From assembly GCA_022813865.1 (NCBI GenBank), contig JALDZX010000017.1, forward strand, positions 248,001 through 312,000: a stretch of DNA of 64,000 nucleotides, given 5' to 3'. How positions within the stretch are numbered: position 1 is the first letter of the stretch; each line of letters opens with the position of its first letter. The notes beneath the pieces were generated by a model that worked only from the letters and a program-made list of their open reading frames with translations, did no database searches and was not told the DNA's origin. The DNA is from Xylographa opegraphella. Lineage: Eukaryota. Positions 36,296 to 47,629 of the stretch are shown in pieces. The translations under genes were made by a program, and so were the position numbers.

Positions 36296-39119
36296 ATGGA
36301 CTTCCTCAAATCGGCAGTGGCATCTGCGATTTCTAAGGGACCTCCTTTTCCGTATACCTTCGGCGATCGGGTTGACCTAGAGCACTCCGTCTGGACCCTT
36401 TATAATGGCACGAAGAAGGTAGCATCGTAGATTGTGACTCTATGCTCTTAGCTGACCTGAATTTTCGTTAGGAAGACGGCTCAAACTGCAGTATCTTCAC
36501 CTTTGACATCACTGCCAATAAGTCTCGATTGCCACTGGTCAAAAATGCTGGACGGAAGCTCAAGACTTTGAGACATCCTGGTCTTATAAGAGTATTGGAT
36601 ACAGTGGCGGTCAGGTTGATTCCAGGAATGCTCAAGTGGAGCTTCTCATGGACTGACTTCGTTCCAGACAGAAACATATGTTAATATTGCAACCGAACGA
36701 TTAACACCCTTAGGTTGGCATATAAGAAGAAAGAGCTTGAGTGCCGAAACAATTAAATGGGGTCTCTATACAGTCGCAGTGCGTGTCTTTTAAGAGCCAG
36801 TGAATAAGAGCCAGTGATCGCGCAGCTTACGCATTCTAATAGAACGCTCTCAAATTTGTTAATGATGATGCCATTTCCGTACACGGTAACGTTCGAGCAT
36901 CCACAATTTTTACAAGTGAGAGCGGCGAATGGAGACTGGGCGGCCTGGATATACTTTCGTCAATGAAGGAAGATGATGCTGTCATATATGTAGGTTCACT
37001 GACTCCCTAAATATTGTTGTTTTAGTGGCTGATTGTAGACAAAGACTTACGCAGGGCTCGTTCCAGATATCAATCGTTGTATACCACCAGAAATCGCAAA
37101 AGTGGGATGGGATGCCATAAAGCGAAATCCTGTTGCTGCGGTCGATTCTTACAACTTCGGTCTTCTTATCTTTGAAGTCTTCAACAATGGCCTCAGTGGC
37201 ACCGATCATGTTTCTGAAATAACAAACATTCCGCAAAGCATACAGCAGAGCTACAAGAGACTTCTAAACCCTAATCCTAAAGCGAGGCTTACCGTTTCTC
37301 ACTTCTTGGAGCAGGGACGTAGGAGCGGCGGTTTCTTCGAAACACCACTAATCAGATTATCCGAGGGTATTGAGAGTCTTGGTTTGAAAAGCGAAGGAGA
37401 ACGCGCGGAGCTCCTAAGGTTGGTTTTTTGTTGTTGCAAGATCAACCGACGCATTCTGATCTATCTATAGTGAGCTTGATGAGGTATCTGAGGACTTCCC
37501 CGAAGAATTTTTTAAGATGAAAATTCTACCCGAGCTCCTCAAATCTGTTGAGTTTGGTGGTGGGGGTCCAAAAGTACTCAGCCAAATACTGAAAATTGGG
37601 TCCAAACTTTCAGATGAAGACTACGAGGCACGACTAAATCCAGTGATCATTCGACTCTTTGCCAGCCCGGATCGCCAGATACGAGTATCGTTGCTTGATA
37701 GTCTTCCGCAAATGATTGACCATCTAAGTCAAAAAGTGGTAACCGATAAGATCTTTTCCCAGCTTGTAAGCGCTTCTGAAAAAAGATACTGTGATTAAGG
37801 CGTACTGACCATAATAGGTTACTGGGTTTACAGATTTAGCGCCACTGGTCCGCGAACAAACTGTCAAGTCGGTCTTGACAATCATTACAAAACTGTCAGA
37901 TCGTACAATCAATGGGGATCTGTTGAAATGCCTTGCAAAAACTGCCAATGATGAGCAACCGGGTATCAGAACAAATACCACAATCTGTTTGGGAAAAATC
38001 GCCAGGAATTTAGGCACAAACGTACAGTTCAGCCTCAGTGAAGGGCTTGCATTGGCTGACAAGGACGCAGACGAGAGAAAAGGTTCTAATTGCGGCATTT
38101 ACAAGATCGCTGAAAGACCCTTTCGTACATGCGCGTAATGCTGCTCTTCAAGCACTTGCTGCCACAGCAGACCTCTTCCCGGAGGATGATTGTGCTAATA
38201 GAATCTTGCCAGGGCTATGTTCATCATTAGTTGACAAAGAGAAGTATGGTCTAAGCTAAAGGAGTCGGGTTTCGACCGTGGCTAATTGCCAGTCAGGATT
38301 GTACGTGACCAAGCCAATAGGACTTTTGACGTCTTAATGAGTCGAGTCCGGCGGTATGCTAGCACTTTACCGGAGAGCATACTTCCGCCACCGACTGCAG
38401 GTACCTTAAATGGAGGTCCACCGAGGATGGGTACACCGCAAACTGATACGTCGTGGTCCGGCTGGGCCATATCATCTTTCACCAACAAAATCGCTTCAGC
38501 CAGCGGAGATATAGAGGCTAAGTCCATTACCAATAAGCCACAAACTACATCCGAGACACGGTCTGCTTCCGTGCCACCAACACCTAGTACGGATGGTCCT
38601 CGTTCTGGTAACACAACCAGAACCATTTCTGATTTGCATCGGAAGGCTGTATCAAAACCTTCTGCACCCACGCTCATGAGAACTCCTACAGAGCAGTTCT
38701 TCCAAGACGCCCAAGCGGAAGATGACGAAATCGACGATGCGTGGGCTGAAATGGGTGATGACTCCTATTTCGCTGCTGAAATCACACCCGCCATAACAAC
38801 GCCGAGGCCCTTTGATGATGGTGGAGAACCGGATTTTGCAGGCTGGCTAAGTTCACAGGTGCAAGCAAAAGCAAAAGCTCCACTACCTAAAGGACTATCC
38901 AGGCCGTCAACTTCTTTTCTTACGAACGGACAGCCCTCTTTAACCAAGGTCATTAGCACTGGTAGCCTTGGCGTAGGAGCTGATCCGAGGAAGTTAGCAA
39001 TAACGCCCTTGAAGCCGAATGTCACTAAGCCAAAGATTGCCCACTCGAATACAAGCACTCTTGACACAAAACCAAAGGAGAGTGCCACCGATGACGATTG
39101 GGGCGACGCATGGGATTGA
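36296..39119 (+). CDS. CEX1: SCY1-like pseudokinase with HEAT repeats (Cex1)
   Basis: MDFLKSAVASAISKG, KLKTLRHPG, VHGNVR..SGEWRLGG, VREQTVKS, QPGIRTNTTICLGKI, C-terminal DDDWGDAWD; eight GT-AG introns traced. Confidence 0.92.
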
Positions 39120-39417
39120 GTTATATAATCCCCGGATCTTTTATGTTGTCGCCATATTCTTGCATAGCGCTTTTTATTCACAAGATACCCCACAATGGAT
39201 TATGAGAGAACAGCCATATCCAAATATATTAGCGAAAACGAGAATTGGTCAAAATTCATTACTCGAATCATATTGGTATTCCTCGGCGCCGCTGCTGACA
39301 CCACCATTACGATGCACGAAGATCCGCCCAAGTTGCGCCTCCATCTTAACCATTACCATTACTATTACCATTACTTCCTGACCACGCCAAGGATTTCCTG
39401 AGACAGAAATGCTCCCC

Positions 39418-40563
39418 CTACCGACTCTCCGAATAATCATTAAGTGCCACACAAACGGCGCCTCTGTGATGCCCAATATATTGCCTAATAATTGCCTGAC
39501 TACTCAGCTCCCATAATCGTGCATAATGATCCGAACAAGCTGTCACCAAGTATGCCGAGTCCGCGCTGAAGGCGCAATCCCATACCCACCTTTGATGAGC
39601 TGATAATGTGGTCTCAATCGGAAAGGCACCTGGAGGACGCTCAGAACCCCTAAGCTCAGGAGGCAGATTCTTATGGGCATCAGGATTAGGAGTCGCGGTC
39701 GGCGAGAGATTGACGGACCAAATGCGCGCGTTGTGATCAGCAGAGCAGGTTGCAAGATGACGCACGTCCGGGGAGAGCAACACCCGGGTGATATAGGCTG
39801 TATGTGCTTGGAAAGATGTTACTGGGACGAGCGAAGTAATGTCGCGATTTTGGAGCATGCGCCAGACGTAGACATTTCCCTTGTACTCATCTATCAGTAA
39901 AAGTTCCCACCACACAAGAGATGGATAGAAGGGATCCCAGCGAAAGCTTACCGAATTGTTGCCCGCGCACAATAGTGTGCCATCTGTCGCTACGGTTACA
40001 CTTGAAACAGATACATCTTCTTCTGGAATAAGTTGGTGGGTGCATTTGTTCTCTCCTAGATCCCATATTCGCACATTGCCACCGCGATCGCAGCTGATCA
40101 GCTCGCCTTGGTTCGGATGTATAACCACATCATTCACGGGGCTACCATGTGTATAGTTGCGCTGGACTGTCGCCGTTCGGGTATCCCAAATTTTGACTGT
40201 ACCATCCTCTGAGCTGGTTACCATCCATTTGCCTTCACAATGGAATGCGACACCAGTGACATTGCCGAGATGTCCCTCGAACGTTAGGAATGGAGACGGA
40301 TTCGTGGAGCGAATGTCGTAGAGCTTGACATTGTGATTACCAGCTGCTGCTAGATACCGTTTATCTGGAGATATGCACAGTCTGTTCACTTGGGAGTCGG
40401 AATGCTGTATGGTGCGAGAGCATATGCCAGAAAGAGCTTCCCAAAATCGAATTATATGGTCATACCCAGCTGAAGAGGCGAATTAGTACGGAAAATTGGG
40501 TCCAAGAGACCGAGTTTGGAATGGAGGCAATTGATACAAACCTGTGCACAGGATTACAGACAT
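39418..40563 (-). CDS. LST8: TOR complex subunit LST8 (WD40)
   Basis: [38 protein letters not shown]..., HQRWVWDCAFSADSAYLVTACSD; introns after codon 7 and at 39951-39880. Confidence 0.96.
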
Positions 40564-41537
40564 CACGCGCTCAATTGAACCGATCAACCACTTTGTTGCT
40601 TAGAATTCGAGGCTCTCCAGTAATCGTGGAGGCGCGCCATGCGCGATTGGTTAACTAGCCGCGCTATCGAGAAGTAGCAGCCTAAAATAAGTTAGACCGT
40701 ATCGTAGCGCGTCACGCGTAGTCACAACGTAAATATCGATTTCACTTCTTAACACCCAATATACATGATAAGCAGTCTGAACCCAATTCCGTCATGGCGG
40801 TTGCAAGCTTTGTAAAGTAGTATGAAACCACAAGCTGGCACTTTGTGTCGGCGATCTCATTACAGATTTACCTCCTTCGCGGAGAAGGGTGGTCAATAAA
40901 TACTAAGGATACTTTCACTCGGTCAACCCATTTTAGGGGTGACAGTTTAGGTGGTGTGAAGATGAAGAAGAGGAAGAAAATGGCAAAGGCGTACCGCTCG
41001 CTCAAGAAGAGTGGTGTGTCCGCCAATGAAGGGAGAGAAGGTATTTATGCTTCTAAAGCCTCGGCAGAGGAGAATAGGATAACCGATAATGATCTGGGGC
41101 TTACACTTCTCCCTGGATCACAGATGAACGAGGACGCTGTGAATGAAAAAGCAGTCATAGATCCTGTTATAGCGTTCCAAGATAATGGCCAACTAGAGTG
41201 TTCGGAATTAAGGCGATCCAATAGACTTGCACGTCGAGGCGAGAGTAACCTCGCGACTTGCTTCACATCGATAATTCAAGATAGAGTTTCGACACACAAC
41301 CAGCCTCCTATTATTCGAACCTTACTATATGACCGAGCAGAATCTTCCTCCAACACAAATTCAACTTCTTCTACCTCTATTTCTTCCCCTTCACCTTCCA
41401 CTTGCACTTCTCCCACCATCAAGCTTTGTTCATACAACTACAATTTGGCTTTGCAGCTTCTTTCCAAACTTTCATCTCAATTAGCTATTTCAAGAAAAGT
41501 CTCGCTACATCCATCCAAAGCTTTAGGTGTTGCAAGG

Positions 41538-44444
41538 ATGGACTTTACCTCTTCTGAAGATCCTCCTAATGATCCCGACGGAGCCGGAGGCTTTTTCGAT
41601 CAATGGTCGGCTGACCCTGGTATTTTGTACGACAAGATGGATTTCGAATCCTTGTTTGCCAGTCGTCCAGTCACCCCTGAGAAACTGCAATCCACTGAAG
41701 CTTATGCAAACATCGACAACCACCAGATTGCAAGTACTCTAACAGACTCCAACCACCAGCACTTCAAAGACAGTGACAAGGCTACAACTCCCGAGAACAC
41801 GGCTTCTTCTATCGAGGCAAATGAACTAATGGAGACTTCCACAACCTCGGAAAACCTGTATAGCATGGATACTTCTTCAACATCTGTCACTCCTGCAGCA
41901 TTCGATACTCCTACATCTTTGACTACTCCTGCAACGGTGTACACTCCTGGGACACCTGATACTCCTGCAACATCAGATACTGAGTATATCGTCCTCGAGC
42001 ACAGCAACACTACCATGACTCAAGGATTGGCACATCCAACCATTCACGCCAACGAGTCGATGGAAAGTCTCCCAAAGTTTCGCACTCAAGCTGCCAATGC
42101 TATCACTCCGGACTCCTTCCATCACAACACAGCAGTGGGTGACACTGACAACACTTTGAGCACTGGACATATGGACCCCATTCATCAAAGCAATGAACAA
42201 ACGAAAAATGCTACCAACTTCAGTGACCAGTACACCATTGCTACTCCTGCAAACACCTACAACCAGTACTCTGCATTTGGTGATAGCAATAGCAATAAGA
42301 ACAATGGACACGAAAATTACACCGTTCAGACCAATGAGCCAAGACAAGCTCCTAATATCTTCGGTAACCAGTATGGTATCGGGAATTCTGCGAACTCTTA
42401 CAATCCTTATACCACAGTGGTCGGCAGTAACTACACTACAAGCCATGGCGATACAGCATTTGCGTATCCAGCTGATGGAAGAATGATCAACCAGGTGTCA
42501 GCCGTGCCAAGCGAATCTCTAACACTATACCACAATCGCGGCTTCGCTGATCAGTCTGTTGCTGAGAAAGTACACACGAACAACCCGGACCTCCTCTTGA
42601 AACTGGTCCGAAAGCAGCATACAATGATGGATGTTTATATGGCAGAGATCGAAAAGCACAAGGTCGCCAACCAGCATTACAGAGACGCCAGCGAGCGTTA
42701 CAAGGCTGCTGACGAACAGCACATAACAGAGATTCAGCAGTTCAAGGCAGAGTACCAGTATCTCAGAGCACAGAACGTGGGTCTTGACAATCAGATACTC
42801 GAACACAATAAGATGTCTGATAATTATAGGGCGCAATGTGCCAAAATCATCGAAACATTGAAAATTCAGTCGAATGCCAATAGAGCTACACCGGCTCAAG
42901 ACGAAGTGGCGAACCTCAATAATAAGTTGGATTACGCTCGACAGGTAGCGGAACAAGCTACTGCGAATGCTAAAAAGATTACAGATCAAGCTATAGCAAA
43001 GGCTAAGCAGGCTAAGGATGAGATTCGCTATCTCAAAGCTGAGAACCAGAAACTCAAGACAGCCACCGAACAATTGAACGTGGCTCAAGACATCATTTCT
43101 CGACTCACGAAAGACCGGAATAATTGGAAGTCTATGGCTGAAGGTTGGTCTCGTATCATTGAATCCCAACCTCAAGTGCCATCGCCGTCCGTCAAACAAG
43201 TGCTTGCAGCTTATGCTCCTACAACAACGACCGTCACTCTTAACGCGGCCCATATTGAACAACGTCAGCTTCATTACGCTCAGAATGTGCAACCAGGCCA
43301 ATCTCAGCAAGCTCAATTCAATCGTGCTCAGCATACTCAGCCTGGTCATGCTCAAATCCAGAAGAATCATGCTCAGCAAGTTCAATCCAATCATACTCAA
43401 CATATTCAGCCCGGCCAAGCTCTTATTCAACCAAATCATGCTCAGTATGTTCAATTTAATCATACTCAGCATATGCAGGATATTCAAGCTCAGCTTACTC
43501 GACCTACTCATGCTCAGTATATTCAACTCAACCATGTTCAGAATGTTCAACCCAGCAGTTCTCAGAATATTCAACCCAACCATTTTCAATCTGTTCAATC
43601 CAGCCACACTCAACGCATTGAAATCGATCTTACTCAAGATTTTCAACCCGATCATACTCAGTATGTCCAATCTCAGCATGCTCAGCATGCTCAACCCAAT
43701 CAACCTCAGCAAATTGAACCTGACCATGCTATGTCCGATCATGTTCAACATGTTCAACACATTTACACTCAGCCCGCAGCTACAGCTTGTTCTGATAAAG
43801 CTCGGGAGAAACCTAAAGGATGGTGGCTGGACCCTAAGGCACATGGTATTGTTGAGGATAGTCACCCAATTTTACGCAAGATTGATGAGAAGAGGGCTGC
43901 CGTAAGTGTAAAGATTCAAGAGCGGGCACGCAAAGCAAAGGGAACGGACAAAGTCGCTAGGGCTGCTCATAAGGCAGCAGCGAGGCAAAGGATGAAGGAA
44001 AGCAAAACTCGTGCGGCTATGGAGGCTCAGGAGGAATTCCCTCTGGAGGTTCAGAGAAAAGATCATCAGGAGATTGAGGAGGTTCAGGAGGAGTTTCAGG
44101 AGGATGGAGCTGAATCAGAGGATGGCTTTGGTGACGCCTTGGACTATGCATTTGCGGAGATAGACGCTAGTGATGCAATTGCGGAGTTGGACGCTAGCGC
44201 TGCGATTGCGGAGGTGGATGCTGGCAATGAGAGTACTCGCGAATGGACTGATGAAGATGGAATGCGGCTGGTCGTGGCGCTGCAGGCTGATCTTGCGAAT
44301 GATGAAGCCAAGAACGCTGCTGCGAGGGCCGCTGCTGATGAGACTGCGGCTACTGAATCTGCGGCCGCTGAAGCTGCGGCTGCTGAGGCTGCCGAGGAAG
44401 ATCATGATGATCATGATGATCATGATTCGCTCTTCGATGAGTGA
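41538..44444 (+). CDS. Orphan protein: T/S/N-rich N-terminus, coiled coil, His/Gln octapeptide repeats, acidic Ala-rich tail
   Basis: Frame open from 40845. ATG 41538 follows a TATA-like site and a pyrimidine-rich leader; an alternative in-frame ATG lies at 40962. No family recognised. Confidence 0.7.
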   Translation: MDFTSSEDPPNDPDGAGGFFDQWSADPGILYDKMDFESLFASRPVTPEKLQSTEAYANIDNHQIASTLTDSNHQHFKDSDKATTPENTASSIEANELMETSTTSENLYSMDTSSTSVTPAAFDTPTSLTTPATVYTPGTPDTPATSDTEYIVLEHSNTTMTQGLAHPTIHANESMESLPKFRTQAANAITPDSFHHNTAVGDTDNTLSTGHMDPIHQSNEQTKNATNFSDQYTIATPANTYNQYSAFGDSNSNKNNGHENYTVQTNEPRQAPNIFGNQYGIGNSANSYNPYTTVVGSNYTTSHGDTAFAYPADGRMINQVSAVPSESLTLYHNRGFADQSVAEKVHTNNPDLLLKLVRKQHTMMDVYMAEIEKHKVANQHYRDASERYKAADEQHITEIQQFKAEYQYLRAQNVGLDNQILEHNKMSDNYRAQCAKIIETLKIQSNANRATPAQDEVANLNNKLDYARQVAEQATANAKKITDQAIAKAKQAKDEIRYLKAENQKLKTATEQLNVAQDIISRLTKDRNNWKSMAEGWSRIIESQPQVPSPSVKQVLAAYAPTTTTVTLNAAHIEQRQLHYAQNVQPGQSQQAQFNRAQHTQPGHAQIQKNHAQQVQSNHTQHIQPGQALIQPNHAQYVQFNHTQHMQDIQAQLTRPTHAQYIQLNHVQNVQPSSSQNIQPNHFQSVQSSHTQRIEIDLTQDFQPDHTQYVQSQHAQHAQPNQPQQIEPDHAMSDHVQHVQHIYTQPAATACSDKAREKPKGWWLDPKAHGIVEDSHPILRKIDEKRAAVSVKIQERARKAKGTDKVARAAHKAAARQRMKESKTRAAMEAQEEFPLEVQRKDHQEIEEVQEEFQEDGAESEDGFGDALDYAFAEIDASDAIAELDASAAIAEVDAGNESTREWTDEDGMRLVVALQADLANDEAKNAAARAAADETAATESAAAEAAAAEAAEEDHDDHDDHDSLFDE
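43270..43770 (+). repeat. Degenerate 24-bp coding repeat, consensus H-[ATV]-Q-x-[VI]-Q-[PSF]-N
   Basis: Recurring catgctcag/catactcag..ttcaa units: HAQQVQSN HTQHIQPG HAQYVQFN HAQYIQLN HVQNVQPS HFQSVQSS HTQYVQSQ. Confidence 0.85.
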
Positions 44445-44468
44445 AGTTATGATCATCATGATCTTCCT
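44395..44468. repeat. Perfect 20-bp inverted repeat with a 34-nt loop containing the stop codon
   Basis: aggaagatcatgatgatcat (44395-44414) is the exact reverse complement of atgatcatcatgatcttcct (44449-44468). Confidence 0.9.
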
Positions 44469-44911
44469 TCATCGCGGAGAATTGATGTTGGGTTCTTGCT
44501 TTCGCCATATCGTCGACGAAATAAAAGCATCTGTGTCATTTAAACCATAGCTTCTTCAATGCGTAATGCTCAATCGCACATCCAGCTGATCCGCCTCATG
44601 AATTCGCCTATGAAATGTGCATTTTTACATAAAGTCGTACCATATTCAGCCGTCCATTCCACCCACCAATCTATGTGCCACTTGCTCTACACTCGAGTAG
44701 AAAAGACAAGACGTCTCCAGGATACTGGATCTGCCCATGCCTTCCGCACCTTGACGGAAAGTGTCAAGTAATTCCGACGCCAAGACCCTTCCTCCCGTGC
44801 ACCTTCACCCGTGTTGATCCGTCCTATCAATCACAACAACACATCCAGAAAAAGCTCACCCTTCCCCAAAACGCTCCCCACTCCAACGCCACACTCCCCT
44901 CACCTCCGCTG

Positions 44912-45949
44912 ATGCCGTCCCTCCCCTTCCCGCTCCCCACCCCCTCAACCCTCACCGCCGCCACGCTCTCCCCCCTCCTCACCCTCTACGCCCCCACCCT
45001 CGCCCACCTCGCCACCACAAAACGCAAGCCCAAAACACCCTCCACCACGCCCGACCTCCCCGCCCTCGACCTCCTCCGCTACACGACCATCCCCGCACGC
45101 GTCCGCGCCCGCCGCACGGCCGCCAACTCCTCTCAGCCAACGCAACCCACCGCCCACGACGCGCCGAGCCCCCCTCCCCCCGGCCCGCACGGCTGGCTCG
45201 AGAAAGACGAGCTCGAGCTCGTCGTCGCATGGAAGCTGTGCGTCCCCCACCCCCCCCGCCCCAATTCTCCCAACCGCAAACCCCCACAAATCTAACCCTC
45301 ATCCCCTACGCACAGCACGCGCGGCCACGCGCGCCCCTCGCTGCCGGCGCTCATCCGCTCCAACGCCGCGGAGCTAGTGCGCAGCACTACCGCGCACGCG
45401 TACGCGCTCTTCGCCGCCGCCGACGGGGTGGATCCTTTCCCGGCGCTGAAGGCGCTCGCGCAGCTGAGGGGCGTGGGGCCCGCGACGGCGAGTCTGCTGC
45501 TGGCGGTGGCGTGGCCGGCCGACGTGCCATTCTTTGCGGACGAGCTGCTGGGGTGGTTGAGAGGCGGGGAGGGGGAGCGGTTGCGCTATGATTGGAAGGA
45601 GTATGGGGAGGTGTGGGAGGGGGTGAGGGCGGTGGGGTTAGGGGCGGAGGAGGTGGAGAGGGGGGCGTGGGTGATGGGGATGGTGGGGAGGGGGATGGGG
45701 CCTGGGGAGGGGGGTGGGGCGGTTAGGGGTGAGGATGGAAAGGACCTGGATGGGGAGGCGGTTGTGGCACCGGGGGTGGGGCCGGTGGAGGAGATGGAGG
45801 AGGGTGGGCGGAAAAGGAAAGCGAGGGGCGATGCTGGCGGGGCGGGGAGATCTGCGAAGGTGCCTAGGAGGCGGAAGGCGGCTACGGTGAAGGAGGAGAA
45901 GGCAGCGGATATATCTGTGCCGCGACGGTCGACTAGGAATATAGAGTGA
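44912..45949 (+). CDS. Amun-like helix-hairpin-helix (DNA-glycosylase-fold) protein
   Basis: LDLLRY, LEKDELELVVAWKL|TRGHARPSLPALIRSN, HhH motif LAQLRGVGPATASLLL, VPFFADE, YDWKEY; one intron about 45238-45314; basic NLS-like tail. Confidence 0.8.
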
Positions 45950-46275
45950 AATTTGTGCTTTTCTCTGCCGCGACAGCTTTGCACTTGGATTTGGATTGTC
46001 GGAGCAGGATGAATTCATGGTAGTTCGCTATGTACAGTCCAGGTACCAGCAGAATGCTCATAGCATTTCAACCAGCTCGTTACTCCGTCCTCGAGTCGAT
46101 ATGCCCCCCGATTACCGGTGGCCTCTGAAGCCGTAATTTCATCCCTAACATAAACGCCGATGCTATGCAATGCCAATGCTGGCACAATTACTATAGGCAG
46201 AGGGCAACTGACCCCAACGCCATTGTGGTGGATTTTTTTAGGTAATGTACAGACGGTGGTGATGTGCAGGCGGTC

Positions 46276-47629
46276 TTACAGCACCAACAAGCCCGCGATG
46301 ATGAATGTCGGGATAACTATCCTGCCTGCTTGGGTGGTCCGACGACGGCCGAAGGATTTCTGCGATGTACCACAACAGCTCGAGTTGGTACGGTTGACGC
46401 CGTTCAGCTGGGCGGCGACTTCGAACACGGAACCATTGCCGATGTTGTAGTAGTCGACGAGGAGGAAATTGGGAGGCCGTCCCCATGTGGCTGAATGAGA
46501 ATTAGCGTTTTCCGTGTTGTTGGAGATATTGGTGGTAGTGGGTGAGGAGGTGAAAATCTTTGAGAAAGTGTTGAAGATTCGTGTGAATCATTAGCGAGTG
46601 CTCACCTGCACAATTATTCGCAGCTAGTCCCAAACTACCATACCCACTTGCGGCATTCGTTTCGTTTAGTAGCGCAGTGTTCGGGACGAGGATTGTATTC
46701 CCAAGCAGATTCAATGGTTTATTGAGGTTATGGTTCGCCAAATACATACGCTCCATGGCCTGAGAATTGCTGATTCCTGGCGGACGCTGAACAGTACAAG
46801 GAAATGTCTGGTTCGTGGGGTCGAACGGCGTTTCCCACATCTGGGAGAACTCGTCGAGGATATATGGAACAGCGGTTTGATTGGCTTCGTAATCCATGAA
46901 AATGAGAGCACGCTGATTCTTGAGGATAAGCTGACCCAGTGTCGGCCAGTCAGTTAGGTTCATAGGGATAGTCGGAGGGATATAAGCGTATTTTGAAAGG
47001 CCGGAGGATTCAATCGGACCCGTGAAGTTTTGCACCGAGACATAGTCGGCATTGGCTATAAGAATGGTGACCACATCGTTGGGATTCGCAGCAAGCCAGG
47101 CGGTTACTTTGGCGAAATATGCTTCCGCCGTTCCAGCGTTGAGAAGTTTGCAGGACGTGTGGCAGAGGTAAACGGTATCATCCACAACGTGCGTCTGACC
47201 CTGCAGCATGCGTATGCCGTTATTTAGCTGGGTGATGACCCCATATTCTTGGTTGCTGGCGAGATTATTAGGGATGTCGAAGGGGCTGTTATGAGCAGCG
47301 ACGTAGGTGATATTGCTGTATTGGCGATCGCACAACTCAGGATAGCCATTGCACGGTACGTTATTCGTGGCACTTGGGGTGGAGAGAGTCGAGGCTCCTG
47401 TAACCACTGTTTCGGTAGCAGTTGGAGTCCTCGAACTAAAGTCTGGACCGTGTTCGACAAATGAAGACAGACTGCTTGGCAGATCGACCGAGGGCTGGCT
47501 TTGGTTCGTGATAGTAGTAAACGAATGGCTGTTATAGGAGACTCCGCTCGCAGTTGGTAGAGTATCGGCGGTATCTTGAGTATGCGCATGAGAAACAAGT
47601 ACAATACAAAGTAGGAGATATCTATGCAT
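46276..47629 (-). CDS. Secreted, probably GPI-anchored PLC-like phosphodiesterase (TIM barrel)
   Basis: Signal peptide, S/T linker, CNGYPELC..AAHNSPF..NQ..QLNNGIRML..LCHTSC, NHNL; exon 2 WGRPPNFLLVDYY with hydrophobic C-terminus IVIPTFIIAGLLVL*. Confidence 0.88.

Noticed and set aside
36791..36817. 14-bp tandem duplication taagagccagtga(a) in a CEX1 intron
   Set aside because: Real but a trivial intronic slippage event with no evident function.
39349..39375. (ACCATT)n microsatellite between CEX1 and LST8
   Set aside because: Only about four imperfect units; not a telomeric array.
42525..43905. 446-aa antisense ORF and 248-aa alternate-frame ORF over the His/Gln repeat
   Set aside because: Explained by the repetitive, biased codons of the sense gene; the products are monotonous L/M/S/N strings with no independent coding signal.
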